In this document: positions 35,901-49,527 of the stretch, piece by piece
Layout of the letters: every line of letters begins with the position of its first letter
How positions within the stretch are numbered: the first letter of the stretch is position 1
Assembly (NCBI GenBank): GCA_051362555.1
Contig: CM120646.1
Location: 20,894,001-20,958,000, forward strand
From: Lingula anatina
Taxonomy: Eukaryota > Animalia > Brachiopoda
Direction of reading: 5' to 3'
DNA: 64,000 nucleotides
Translations under genes and position numbers: made by a program
The notes under the pieces: generated by a model
Told to the model about the DNA's origin: nothing
Seen by the model: the letters and a program-made list of their open reading frames with translations, nothing else
The model's database searches: none

Positions 35901-38900
35901 TATTATTATTATTATTATAGTTTTACCTTTATTACTTTATCCCTAGGCTCTGCTCTGGAGATGTGCTGGTTAGCAGGGTCATCTCTTAGCTGGAGCTTGT
36001 AACTACATTTAGGCTGAAATATTCATACTTAAGAGTTTTTATCAATTATCATTAATAATCAATAATTGATTGATCATTGATTATCATTTAAACCGACATA
36101 AATTACAAACTAATTGATTTTTAGACAAAACCAATGATATTTTATAAAATATAAGTAAAAAATATTTTATATGAAATAGCATAATACTATGTTTACCCCC
36201 TTTCCCCATTTTATTCAGTTTCACTTGTCTGTCAAGTGATCTTATTAGCATGTGCATACACAGAAAAATGGAAAGAAAAACATACACAACTGTCATTTAC
36301 TAATTACACATGTCGTCCTCCTTATTCTAATTTTATTGAGTTATTTTTTTAAAAAGATTTTGTTATAACTGAAACACAAGATCTTAATAATAAAATGAAC
36401 TTGGGACTCCACAATTCAATATCCTTATTAAACTATTCATACATGAAAATAACTCTTCACAGTAAAACAGATATGAGCCCAGGTTTACAAAAAAAAAAAA
36501 AAACTCTGAACATTTACCATGAGACTTAACACCTAACCGGCCAGGCTGCTGTGGGGGCTGCCTTAAGAACTGAATTAAAAAGCACAGAATTACGCAGTTT
36601 CCATGGAAAAAGCTCATGTCTGGTCAGTGCTAAAATGAAATTATCACCTGTAGTCCTCGTATCCTGTAGCTCCCATCTGCCTCAGTCTTGGACTCTTCTT
36701 GATGGCTGGCACAGTCAGCCAGACCCACAGCTTCCACCAAGATGGACGGTTCTGGTTCTCCATTCAGCGACGTCACAGAGCCATAGCAACTAGAATTTAC
36801 AATTAGTGAATCACATGTAATGCCCACCTTGTTTTTTTTTCTTTTCCAGTTAGGGAATGTTTTATATACAACAAAACAGTAGCTTGACACAATCACTTCT
36901 ATGCTCCTATCTGCAGTGGGGGTTTTAAAATCAAGAAACCAATGGACTCTCAGATTAAATCTTGTCATATCATTAATATGGCTTATGTAAAGATATACAT
37001 TCTGAAAATTTTATACTCAGAGCAATGTTTAGGACGTGGAATCTGACAGACAGACAGACGACCAGAAACATAAACAAGCGCTTACTCCTACAAGTTACAA
37101 CCTACCTAAATGCAACTCTGAAGCCCTTAATGTTGATCTTAACATCGCTTCCTTCTCTTACTTCTATCATTTGGGACGCCGGCTCAAATTTATATTCCTT
37201 CATAATTGGACGGAGAAAAAACTGACCTGGGTGCTGAAATAAAAAATAAACACGTAATCTAAGAATCCTCTTTTTTTTTTTTATTTCCTTCAGAGTAAAC
37301 TGGGAACATTTCAACTAAAATGTCATGAAACCTGGTAAATGCCTCATTCTCACAATCCACATCTCAGAATGGTCTCTAATCATGTTATACAATATAAGAG
37401 CCTTAAGATAGATAAGTTGTTACTTCACAGTCCATTTAAGAAATACAAGTCATCAATATAGATGCTATGACACCAGTAACAATTCCAGGACAATCACTGG
37501 AAACAGAGGAACCACATAAACTGACACGAATTCAAGTTGCTCTCCACCTGGATCTTTTGTTCTCAAAATCAACCACAGTTCAAGCCCGATACACCACTCA
37601 ACAGGAAAGTTTTTTGTGAAATCCACTATTCTGCCCACTTGTGATTACCACCACTACCTCGCTGACTTTGGGGCATATCAATTACTAAGAAAACTCACCA
37701 GGTTACTGAAGACCATGGTGCCATTCTCCACAGTGAGATTGTTACTGCGGAAGTCACCTCCACTTAATGACAGGAGAACACCATTGAGGGGCTCGTCCTT
37801 CTCTCCAACAACCTGGAGAGAAATATGTCAAGAACTTAATATGTCAATTTTTTTAGAAGCAGCTAAGTTAAAAAGTCATTCATATTTGAACTATTTAACA
37901 AGAGAATCACCTATAAGTATTTTCAACTTGATAAAATAATTTTACAATTCTAATAATCATAACATGACAAAGATTTCACCTGAAAAAGCATATTATATTG
38001 TTCTGGCTGTGAAAAGAAACAAAGCAAGCAAAGATTCCCAAAGACCAGTTTCAGACTTGTGTCATACAGTGACCCAGGTCCCTGGGGAAGTGTTACCTTT
38101 ACTGTGACCTTGCCTAGCTTAATGGCAAACCAGTGATACGGCAGCATCTCGTGGACCTCTTCAAATATATAGCCTTCCATGCTGGGTTCTACCACGTACT
38201 CTGTGTTACCATGGAATGGACCATGTCTGCAACAATAAATGGCAGTAATGAAAAAAATTCAGAGCCTATAATATCGAGTTTAGCTTTTTTGTTGTCAAAA
38301 TTGGATTTCTGTAAGAAATTATCATGCTTACTGGCTTGTACAATAACCAGATTAAGTAACTACCATAACAGCTTATCCAGAACTCTGAAGCCAGACTAGT
38401 GATTCGTATGAAAAGAGACAGGTTTTGTTTTAGACTTTATTGATTTCCAGTAATGAAGAAAAAAAAGAGTATCAGCATTAACTCACTCGAAAGACCCATC
38501 ATTAAAAGTCAAGATGGAGACTTTAACATTCTCGTTGTTCTTGGGCGTAATAGTGATCATGACTCCTCCTAAACCATCCTGTCCTCCTGACTTCTCTCTC
38601 ACCAACCCCTCGATAAATACGCCTTCCTTGCCATCAAACTTCACAGATATAGGGCAGGAATCTGTATAACAAATATAAAAAATATCCACTGAATGCAAAA
38701 CGTTTAATAACAATGCAGGTAAACAGCTGTCCAAAGAGTCAAATTCTGACAATTTCTGTAAAAATGTGACTGAATAGTTGAATGCTCAATCATATCATTA
38801 TACTGAAGAAAGTGAAAGTTCTTTTTACAAGATAACCAGTAAAATTCATTGCCATCAGCTGCAGTTATATGATTCAGAACATGTCTGAATAATCATTTCA

Positions 38901-41900
38901 AAATGTTTTTATTCAATCTTGTCCCCGTGAAGGAAGCACAATCTCTGTCTACCCACCTCCCTGTACCACAATGTCTGCTTTCTGTGGGTAAAACAGGATA
39001 TGTTTGGACGACGGCTGGAACACCACTGTATCCCCTGTCCTGGAATATCCAGATTAAGTAAATAGAACACAATACTTACAACAAGAAATGACCTTTTTCT
39101 CAATAATGTAGCAGTGTACAAACACATTGGTACTATTAGGGTCACTACCCACATACACCCATTAAAAGGCAGTATCATATACAGAAAGGCATAAGTATAC
39201 AGCATGATTCAGTAGGACACATACTGTCGATGCGGAGTGATATAACGTCGTTTTCTTGCGCCAGGACGTATGTGTCCTACTGGATTGATGGTCCATGTAC
39301 GTGCAAAAAAGTCTGCGCATTCATACACATGCAGGCAAAACACACACACACACACACACACAGTTACTTACTTGGCCCAGTGGTCCCAGTCATAAAACAT
39401 AGGTCCCACCATAAACTGGTCATCCATCTTAATATTATCCTTGCTTCCCCTTAATGGTCCCCGTGTCTCTTCCTTTGTACCATCTTTATTAACAGTTCTG
39501 AAACAATCACAAGCACAATACAAGGTTAAGACTCATTAACAAAAATTTTAGCCTGAATAATTTTATCCAAATAAAATATCTCATCTAATCCAGTGATAAA
39601 TATCATATCCAAAGAAGTAAAATGTTTTGCATTTTTCTAAACCAAATAAGAATATGGATCCCATAACCCATTTGATTAAAAATCACAATTTAAGGTGAAT
39701 CAAACAGGGAGGATGTGGAACACTAAGCATGAGACCAAATTTAATCTCCAGACTATTAATGAAAAATACATTTTAGACTTCGCTCATGAAGTCCAGTCAA
39801 AATTTGTGTTGCAAGGCATCTTCAACATAAAAATGCATTGAAAACTTGTCACCTAACCTTGAATATACCAGTTGGGTGTCTCACTTCAATTACAAATGGT
39901 TAATTTCAAGTGAAGAAAAAAAGATGGAAGAAAAAAAGCAGTAAAATGAAAATTAATAAATAAAAATGTTGCTTACTTGATAGACAGCATTATATCTCTT
40001 ATGCGGATATCTGTTTTGATAGACCCATCAATTCTATGGCTTGTTGCAGTCAGTGTGAGTGGGATTGGCTTCCCCCTGGAAGAAACAAATACACAACCTA
40101 TCAGCAACCTTTCAGTCCATGTTTACAACAATGTAAAACTAAAATTTTGAAAGATGGTCCTTGGGCTTATTTCTTTTGTCACTTTTAAGTGTATTAAAAT
40201 ACATTCTCAAGACAAAATACTATTACACAAATTATTCTTCTCAACTTAATAAATACAAAAGTGTAAACATATCATAACCAATGAATCATCCAGTTTTCAG
40301 TTACTGATCTACCAAACTTAACTTTAAGTAAGCTGAAAAATTCCACACTTAACAGCGAGTGTGTGTGTGCTATTTGAAGTGTTAATTCAAATCGTATGAA
40401 TTGTCTTATTTTGTTAAATAGTAATGCTACATACGTATCAAAGCTGTATTCTTCTTTGTCAAAGCGGTGACATGACTCTGGTTTCAGTTTGTAGACACCT
40501 GGTTTTTCCAAACAAAACTTGTTCAGACCTTTCACCACATCATCAAATGTGCCACGATAATCCAGCTTTTTGTCTTGGTTAGTATAAGCCTGGAAAATCA
40601 AAACACATATAGGGGTTCAACTTGATAAATTTGTGGAAAAAAATTGCTAACTGGTATCAAGCATGGGTATGAGAATTTTGACAACAGAAGGTTGGTTGAC
40701 TTTAAAGGAATTTTCCTTTACACATAAAATAGAAACGACTGAGGAAAAGAATTGAATAAAAACAACAAATCAGGATCACATTTTATTTTTTATTTTATTT
40801 TATTTTTTTTTTTGAAAGAAGTATTTGAAAATTCAAAATGAAAAGTTAATTCAATCACTTCCATCTACCACCTGAACCAAATATAGTCACATCTTTATAC
40901 AGAGCAACCAACTACATAACTTTACCAACAGCATCCACTTACAAAACTTTATACATAGCAACGATACACGTACCAGTTTAAGGTCATGAGATGAGGTCAC
41001 AGAAATCACATATCCAGTCTGTTGAAAGTCAACTCCTGTGACGTCTTTATCTGTCACTTCTACATCCAACACCTTAGACTTCCAGCACCAGATGTCATTC
41101 AGAAGGTTGGCTGAAATGTATTTTTTCCATCAAGTCATATTTTCAGTCTTGTAAGTTAGACACAGTAATATGCAATTTGAGATCAGAATTGATTGGATTG
41201 TGCAACAATTGAGTGTTTGCATGTATGGATATCACTCAGCAGTTTTTTTCTGCTGTGGATGTGCATAACCATTAACATGAATACAAAGATGCATTTGTTA
41301 CAAAAAATCATACATTTACAAAGAGAATGTGAAATTGGTGCCTGTTGCTGTCATGCCATATATTATCTATCCCAGAAATCAAACAAATTGAGAGTTGAAG
41401 CAAATTCCCCACCATGCCTACCTTTGTACTTCCCAGGAAGGACATTCTCTAATGTAAACGTGCCTCCTTTACTTCCCTCTTTTATCTAAAAATATGAGTT
41501 TGAATGAAGTATTAATATGATTCCAACCATATTATGGAAAGATATGGACCTGTTTAATATTGTTGCACTATCCATTCCCTTGCTGGGATAATATGAAGAT
41601 GGAGAAGTAATGGAAAATTGTTGAAAGTACCAGAAAAATGGTTGACAGTATTCATTATAACAAAATACTGTATGGACTGTAAACTGACAATGGTCACTAT
41701 TTTTATAACAAGACTTTTTTAAAATGTTTTAAATTACAACTAGTTTATATTGTAAGCATCAAATTTATGAAGAGTTAAGATGTACATAGGCAAAAATAAT
41801 AACAGTCCTGCAGTCCAAGTGCTATCTGGTATCTGATAGGTTACTAACCTTGGCTGCCATTCCATCATCTTCTCTGGCAATGGGAATAAGGGAGATGTGA

Positions 41901-43177
41901 ATGTTCTTACATTTCTCTGAAATACAAAAAACAATATGATAATCATGTTGAGGAATAAGCCATAAGTAAACATGGGATACATGACATTTACTGCATTTTA
42001 TCTTATCCTAAATCTCCAATTATGACTAATGAAAAATCCTAAAAAAAAATGGTTATTCTATATGTATATAACAATCTTTATCATTCTAACAGCATGATAA
42101 TTAAATCTACTAAGCACTAGATTATGGCCAATAATTAGACCTAAAACTTATTTTCAAAACTGTTTTTTTTATCTACATCATTCTAGAAAATCATAACCGT
42201 CCCTAAAACTCCATCATTAAAATCACCTAAGCAAGTGACTGTGCCAGATATTTTGGCCCTGAACTGCGTAAAGGTGACGTCATCCACTGGCCTGTCCACT
42301 ACTTTGACTATCCTCTCTGCTGGGGTCAGTTTTAGACCTGCCTCTTCCTCCTCCTTGCTCACCAGGGTCTAAATTACACAAAAATAAGTAGTCTTCATAC
42401 TAACAGCAGAATGAGTAGTTTCTCTTGAGTACAAGTAATGCAAATGAGCATAGTTTCCATCTTTTACAAAAATTTAAAACATTAAAGATATTTCTGAAAA
42501 ATCAAAAACACTTTCACAAACTGATAAATTTTGTTTCATATATTATATGAAAAAGATGTGAATACAAATAAATACACATGAATGATGTGGACATGTTTCC
42601 TACTTCAGCAAATATTCTATCACCAAATACATAAACAGCAATAAATCAGCCATACAATTTCCTGAATTTCAGCCAATTTTGCTCACCCCTTGGCAAACTA
42701 AACACTACACTAAGTCTTACACCTAATGTCAGTCTAAATACCAAAGATCCCTGACACTTTTGGTCACTTACCTTGACCACGTGTGCACCTGGCTGAACCT
42801 TGGTACAAAACTGGCCCTCCTTGTCCGTGGACAGTCCAATCACCGTGCTGTCCCCCTTGATACTGACCTTCCTGTGGTCTGGCCGGGTCAGCCCCGGAGG
42901 GTAGTTGTCTATTACTACCCTCCCACACAGACTGAACCTGAATCACAATAGTAGCAGAATGGAATAAGATAATTTTTTAATTTTAATTTCTAATTGTTGA
43001 ATTAAGGGAAAGAAATTAAGTTGATATCACAGGATTTAATACATGAACTGAAAGAATGGGGATATCCTGTTGCAAAGCCTGAGGCTGTATTACTGTAACA
43101 ATGGCCTTATTACAGGGGTCTGTGGTCCACTGAAGGTTGAAAATTGCCAAGAAAAAACACATTTCCAACATAAATCA

Positions 43178-43212
<35 letters not shown>

Positions 43213-46200
43213 CTGTATTCTGAAAATCCACTCACTTTGATGCAATGATATCAGGCAACTGTGGCGTGTTTGGGGAGATCTTCATGGACACATCATCAAA
43301 ATAAATCCTGTTCGCCTCCACCTTGATCTTGTAAGTGCCTGTCTTCATGTTCTCCAGTTGGTAAGTACCTTCTGCATTGGTCACTGCCAGACGCTTACCA
43401 TCTATAGACAACTGGGCATTGGCCACACCAGACCCCTGGGGTTATAAAAATTTTCAACTTTTGTTGACAAGAAAAAGAGAACCCTCTGTATCTTTTATCA
43501 GAGGATGATGGATGGGAAATTTCATCAATTAAACAATTTAAATATCCAAAAAATTTCAATTCTTTGCAACACACAGATAGTATCAGACAACATTTCAAAA
43601 TTCAATAAATTTGTAATCCCTTTAAAAAAAACACTTATTAAACTGTCTAAGGTAAGAAAAATGGTATAAATCAAAACAGCGAAGAAATTCCTCTTTATTC
43701 AGAGGGTGGGAAATTCATCAAAACAACAATTAAAATATCCAATAACTTTCTATTCTTTGCAACACAGTGATAGTATCAGACAACAAAAGCAAGGAACAGC
43801 AGAAATTTTAAGTGGTCTGCTCTAAATGGCAGGCTCACCTGTGCTGCCTCAAGGACCCTGCCAGTGACTGAGAACCCTGCCACTTGAAACGGTTCCTGAA
43901 AATAAAAACACATTAAGGCCGAGTCCAATCAAAGCTTTCCACCATTAGTCTGCCTATAGACACATAATGAAGGCTTGTAAGATTGACTACAGTAACAGCA
44001 TAAAGGAACTCTATTATGCATTTCTACATCATAAATTAATCATGATAACTAAATACTTAATCTTGATAATCACCATTCACCTAATAAGAGTCAGTTCCAG
44101 ACTGGATCTATAATATTTTCAATTCCTCATTTATATCATCACATAATGATTATTTTGACAAAGTTAAACAGCTGTGGATGGAATTTATAATAAAACTGAC
44201 TCAGATAATCAAATCAAAGAACAGATCCAACCTTACCTTGATGTTGACAGTGCCGTGGTTCACCTGGACATCTATCAGCTCTGGGAGGACATCAAACTTG
44301 ATCTTCTCTCCCTTGTAGTATGGGATCTGAAGGGGAAAAATTGGCTTAGTGAATCTTATACTGCAATATCTAATAAAGTCAATAAAATTATGTTATAATC
44401 CTGTAAAACTATTTGCTTTAGAATAATGATCAATAGAACTGATTTACAATAATATATTACTTGGAGCATGGATTTGAAGCTTTGTACTAAATTGCAATTT
44501 AGCAATTGGTAAATGTGCTGCTTTACATTTACTGTTCATTTCGAGGCACCACTCAGAAAAAAATCTGAAGCACAAGACCAGGATTTCTTAATTACTGTTC
44601 ATTTCATGCTGCCACAATAAAAGTCAAACATAAAATCCATTTTTTATTACTGTTCATCTGTTAAAAAAAATTACCAGGGAATAGCTGCCCGAGGGCAAGC
44701 TTGGGAAAAGAAACTTTCCATCCAGCTGAGAGACCACAAAACACAGCTGTTTGCTCCCCTCTGGCACAGCAACACCTTTAATGGGCGTCTTATCACACTT
44801 GTTGACATCCTGAAATTCGATAACACCAATTTTGTAACTACACATGTCAGATATCTCAAACAGAAATATTGAAATAACACAACTACTGTCAGTTAAATTA
44901 TATCAACTACACAGATATGGCTTGAGATTTCAACTAAAATTCTAACATGGAAATGTGTGTGTATGTTTGCCATGAAGTAATGTCCTTTTGACTTCACATT
45001 TTAAAACCACATGCCAAAGAAACTTATGATCTTTTTTAGTTGAAAAATTTTTAAGAACTAACATACCATAAAATGACATTTAAATAAAATGGTTTACCTT
45101 TTGTTTTATGGTCTTGGAAAAGAGCACAAAATTTACTCCCTTTATTGGTTCCCCTTCACTCAAAACCTGACCCTGTTAAAAACATTGAAAAAACAAAACA
45201 CATGATATTAACATTCTGTTTCTACTTTTCACCTACCTACACTGTCTAGACATTGTCAAGAGAAAAATGTGTTAAGTGAAAATGTTCAGTAATGCATTGT
45301 AAAGACTAACAGTTCATCTATGGTGTCACCTACGTAAAAACACCTTATAATTAACAACAATGTTTCAAAAGTGATAGTTATAACAATGGTGATGCCTACG
45401 TCTACATTCCCAGATCATGCCACATCCAGTTTTTACTTACATGGACGTCATACCCAGCTATCACTATGTTGTTGACTACCTTCGTGTTGGCATTCCCAAC
45501 GGTCACCTCGACCTTGGCCTGCAGAGATAAATAGACACAGAACATACCCACTGGTCAGTAATAGTTTAGTTGGTTTGCAAATATGATTATTACAAAATTT
45601 GGTCCATGATGCAGGCACATCTTTTAACAAATAGAATAACATATTATGTGTTATATAATCTATACCAATATAATAATTGCACATAATTACAAGTTCACCT
45701 CAATAATAACAGAAATTTCACATTTTCAAAACTAGCATTAGTCCATTAGAACATGTTATTCTTCATCATCTAAAAGCAAACACATTTTAAATAATTCTAT
45801 AAATCTTAAAATTCTATAAATTGTCACTTGCCATGAACTAATTAAAGCAAATTCACAAGCCATTACCTTCTCAAACTCCCACTTAGGATGACTGGCTTCC
45901 ACCACATAATTCCCTGGCAGAACCTTGGTGAACTTGTAGCCACCGTCTGGCCCCGTCTTCTGGCTCTGAAGGACCTCAGCAGCGCCCTCTTTCTTCAAGA
46001 AGACCTGGATCCCAGCTGGACCCTGGGTGGTACCTTTGCTAATGACCTAAAATGGAATCATATAAAGGAGAAAATATACTACTTTTAAATTTATTGATCT
46101 ATTTATGGTCTGATAACAGCTTTTAAGCTGCTGCAACCCTTTACAACCAAGCTCGGTTTCAAACTTTAAAACAAATATTTTAGTCTATTTCAAATTCATG

Positions 46201-47742
46201 TCTGCCCTAGTCCTGTGATAACAAAAAGTACCAACTGGTATGCATATGTAGCCATTTTTTCTTGATGTAAAACATCTCAAATTTGCTCTAGTTCAGACCA
46301 ACTTTCAGTTTTAAGCTCCTTTGTTAAAGCTGTCCCCTAACCAGCATTTCTCTGTGTGAATAACTAGTTTAAAAAAAGCACAGGGGGCACCAGTGAATAA
46401 GCCTTCAGTAATTTCAGAGGCTTAAAATAAATATTCTTACACAGAGCTTGCAATCATTGTGATTCAACATAATGTCTGTATCTGATATCCCATTAGAGAC
46501 ATGATTTGGGGTTATAAAAAAAAGAAGAAAGAAATGGATTGCAACCTTCTGACCAAGATTGAAAACCGCAAATAAAAAATTTAGATTTTTTGAAATTAAT
46601 GTCACTCTGTTATTACCTGCCCCTCAATACCAAAACCTTGGAATTGAAAGTTGATGTCTGCTCCTTTACTGCAGGGATCAGTGGCGCCATCTATGTGTAA
46701 TTCCACTTGGGCTGGATCTAGCAGGTGAAAAAATTACAAATAATAAAATAACTTATGAATGTTACGAACTGAAGAAATCACACAGACTGTGACTTTCTAG
46801 AAAGTCGATCTCATCCAACAAATAACCAAATTACTGAATGTTTCTTCATTGTTCAACAGACAGACTTTTAAATGACAGAGTATCACACACCAATTTTGGG
46901 ACTAATCATGCTCGAAATACAACAATTAGGATATTTTCAGTGGCGGTAAATATGAACTGTGACAATGTAAAAACTAGAATATTCAACAACTATGCAGAAG
47001 TGCCTCTAAACTTACCAAAACTCCAGCCATCAGGTGGCTCCACCTTCAGTATAAAATCCCCTTTATCGTAGAGAGGGATGGAGTAGTAACCATTGTTTGG
47101 GGCACAGTCTGTGGAATACTTCAAGCTACCCTGAGGTGTGTAAAGTTTTACCTGCCAAGGAAAAATAGGAAATGTAATTTATTTATAAATATATACTGGT
47201 GCACAGTACAGATTACTTTTCTTTCTTTTGCCTCGTAGCCTTGGGAGAGTTTTAGCTTTTGTTTCTTTCTCCTTACACAAACCTTTTTTATTTCTGTGCA
47301 ATTGTGAAAAAAAAATCATACTGACAAGTACCTTTGAACTAAGCCAAATGAAAACCTGAAAAAAAGCAGCCATCCACTGAAGATGGTAATGGCTATATAA
47401 TTAATCGTCACTTGACTCCTCTCCACCCACCCGTCCGCATACCCCCTTATGTGTACAGAGAGAGACAGGTGAATGAATCTAAGAAAATAAATGACTGTAC
47501 AACTTAATGTTTGTGTGTCTGTCACAATGACAGAGAGTGAGAGAGGGAGAGAGAGAAAGTTAAAGCGTAGACTAGTCGTGTGTAGACTTGGCAACACTCA
47601 CCTCTACTTGAGAAAAATTGATCTCTACGTCTGCTTTAACAAATCCACCACATACCATTACATCCTGAGCATGAGTAGCATGCAGAACACACAATAATAC
47701 ATTTAAAAATTCGAGAAAACTAGGCCAGTTCAAACCCTCCAT
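32924..47742 (-). CDS. NOMO: Nodal modulator (NOMO; BOS complex subunit), complete gene, ~30 exons. First exons 47602-47742, 47016-47151, 46617-46717, 45867-46046; TM exon ~33798-33890; last exon 32924-33076.
   Basis: Signal peptide then QDVMVCGGFVKADVEINFSQVE|VKLYTPQGSLKYSTDCAPNNGYYSIPLYDKGDFILKVEPPDGWSF, as in NOMO N-termini. Repeated beta-sandwich motifs (TNAEGTYQLENMKTGTY, ISPNTPQLPDI, QEESKTEADGSYRIRGL). C-terminal TM and basic tail RKKQKARKIN*. Confidence 0.96.
34204..34397. repeat. Degenerate inverted repeat (old MITE) in a NOMO intron
   Basis: GATCAATCTATCTCCAAGGAGATTCTCGCT vs AGCGAGAAACCCTTTGGAGATGGATTGATC. Confidence 0.65.
35875..35918. repeat. (ATT)n microsatellite
   Basis: Imperfect ATT run. 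Confidence 0.9.
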
Positions 47743-47782
47743 CGATCATTCGATCAATAATGTACATGTGACGGGCCACAAA

Positions 47783-47791
47783 CCGGAAGTG
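47783..47791. promoter_or_regulatory. ETS/GABP-type site CCGGAAGTG in the NOMO proximal promoter
   Basis: Consensus motif 41 bp upstream of the NOMO ATG, typical of housekeeping promoters; function inferred. Confidence 0.5.
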
Positions 47792-48711
47792 AAGGAACGG
47801 AGTAAAATGATCACAAAAATTTCACGATAGATTCCAAATTCTCTAGTGGATGAAAATTTATTTACAAAATACAATTTTATACATATTTTGGTGTTAGACT
47901 TTTGAAATGTAGTACTTAGATATAACATGGAACAAATCACAATTACAACCCGAAACCAGACTAGACGTTTTCTCAACAAACGCATTTCTCACTGTGATCC
48001 CCCCCCCCCTCCTCTTTTAGCCACTATCCAGCTATCGCACGGGATAACTTAATTGCCTACAGGAGATCATTGCATTACACATATATATAAATCTCTCCCT
48101 TAACGAACACATGGTGTTGCCCATTGTGTGTAAGTTCGGTGACTTTTGGTGGAATATGAGCATAGAGGCCTACTATATATAGGCCTATAGCCTATAGGCC
48201 CTACCTAGCTGTAGAATAGGCAAAGAAAAAGTCAACTGTGTCTATTCAAAAGTATATGTAACTATAATATTCAATAAATACTGTTCAGCTAAACCTGCAA
48301 CGGAGGATGGGCTGGGAAATAAAAAGGAATCCTTGGCTCTTTCATTTATACACAGCCTACCTGCATTCGAATTATTATACATAAAAGCCAATTCGCCGAA
48401 AATAAATATCACTTCGTGCACAAAAACATCAAAGGCACAGAGATCTCTTTCATGATGATACTATATACGGGTGTGATGAACGTCAAAGTTTTTTTATTTT
48501 GAACAGTAGGCCTATAATCATTCAGACTCTGTGAAAGTTTTTTCCGTAGGCCTGTACCTTAGGCGTCGCAGTTTTTAATTGTTCATTCCGAGGTATAGTC
48601 TACCTTACAGACTGCAAAGCGTTGGGATCATATTTAAGTAAGCTACTAAGAGGTGTGTGTTTAACCGTTCCTACACATTAAAGTTCCAGCCAGGACTTGA
48701 CAAGTTGTACA

Positions 48712-49323
48712 ATGAAGTTTGTGTTGTTATTGGTTGCTGTGGGGATGTGCGTTTCACTTTATGGTGAGTACATGGGTATAGGTTACCCTCTACCAGGGCG
48801 ACTGATAGATATAGTTATAGGTCTAGATCTATTGTCAAGATAGTGATGATCAGCACGTTTTGTCTCAGCTCTCATATTTGAAAGAGTTTTATGTTATATC
48901 TTAACTGACTTTTTGTCATTTATGCACAGGTTTGTAAAACCTCATTCTGAGGTCCTCGACGAGAAAATTTCGAAAATTGGTACAGTGTTACAGTGTATGT
49001 TGTTTAATTTATTCCACTGAATCATTGCGGCAGTCATAAAGTATTGCTGTAGTATAATAAAAAACGCAGTTGGAAAATGCTACATTATTTGAAATTTGAT
49101 TTCAGGGTCTCCGGTGTCGAGACGAGAAGAGAATCCTTGCGACGACGAAACGTGCGGAGCTAACTGCCATTACCACAGCTGGGGGTATTTCTGTAATGGC
49201 TACTGCAGCAAAGAGCCTGAGCTTGTGGGTGAGAATTACAGCGGCTCCGGCGTATGTATCTGTCAAGTCGAAGAAGATTGTCAACGGGTACTGAATCGCA
49301 CGAGGCGGGACATATCTTGGTAA
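48712..49323 (+). CDS. Small secreted 8-cysteine CS-alpha-beta (myticin/defensin-like) peptide precursor; exons 48712-48763 and 49106-49323 (89 aa)
   Basis: Signal peptide MKFVLLLVAVGMCVSLYG (phase-1 GTGAGT donor) joins in frame to SPVSRR-EENPCDDETCGANCHYHSWGYFCNGYCSKEPELVGENYSGSGVCICQVEEDCQRVLN-RTRR-DISW*. Contains CxxxC, GxC and CxC motifs. AATAAA at 49852. Confidence 0.8.
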
Positions 49324-49367
49324 TATACAAAAAAGTGTTTTAGATACCAGAGCACTGCCACTGTTAT

Positions 49368-49527
49368 CAGGCCCGTAGCCAGCAATTTCAAAAGGGGGGT
49401 TCTTTTTCTGTAAAAATGGACCTTTTTCTATAAAAACTTCATGCTCCTAGATCAAATTTTACCCAGAGTGGACCTTTTCCCCAGCAAAAAGGGCGGTTCT
49501 TTCGAACCCCCCCTGGCTACGGGCCTG
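49368..49527. mobile_element. 160-bp MITE with 5-bp TSD in the peptide gene's 3' region
   Basis: TIRs CAGGCCCGTAGCCAG / CTGGCTACGGGCCTG; GTTAT on both flanks. Confidence 0.85.

Noticed and set aside
43480-43790. ~100-bp direct duplication in a NOMO intron
   Set aside because: Ordinary intronic duplication with no coding or structural signal.
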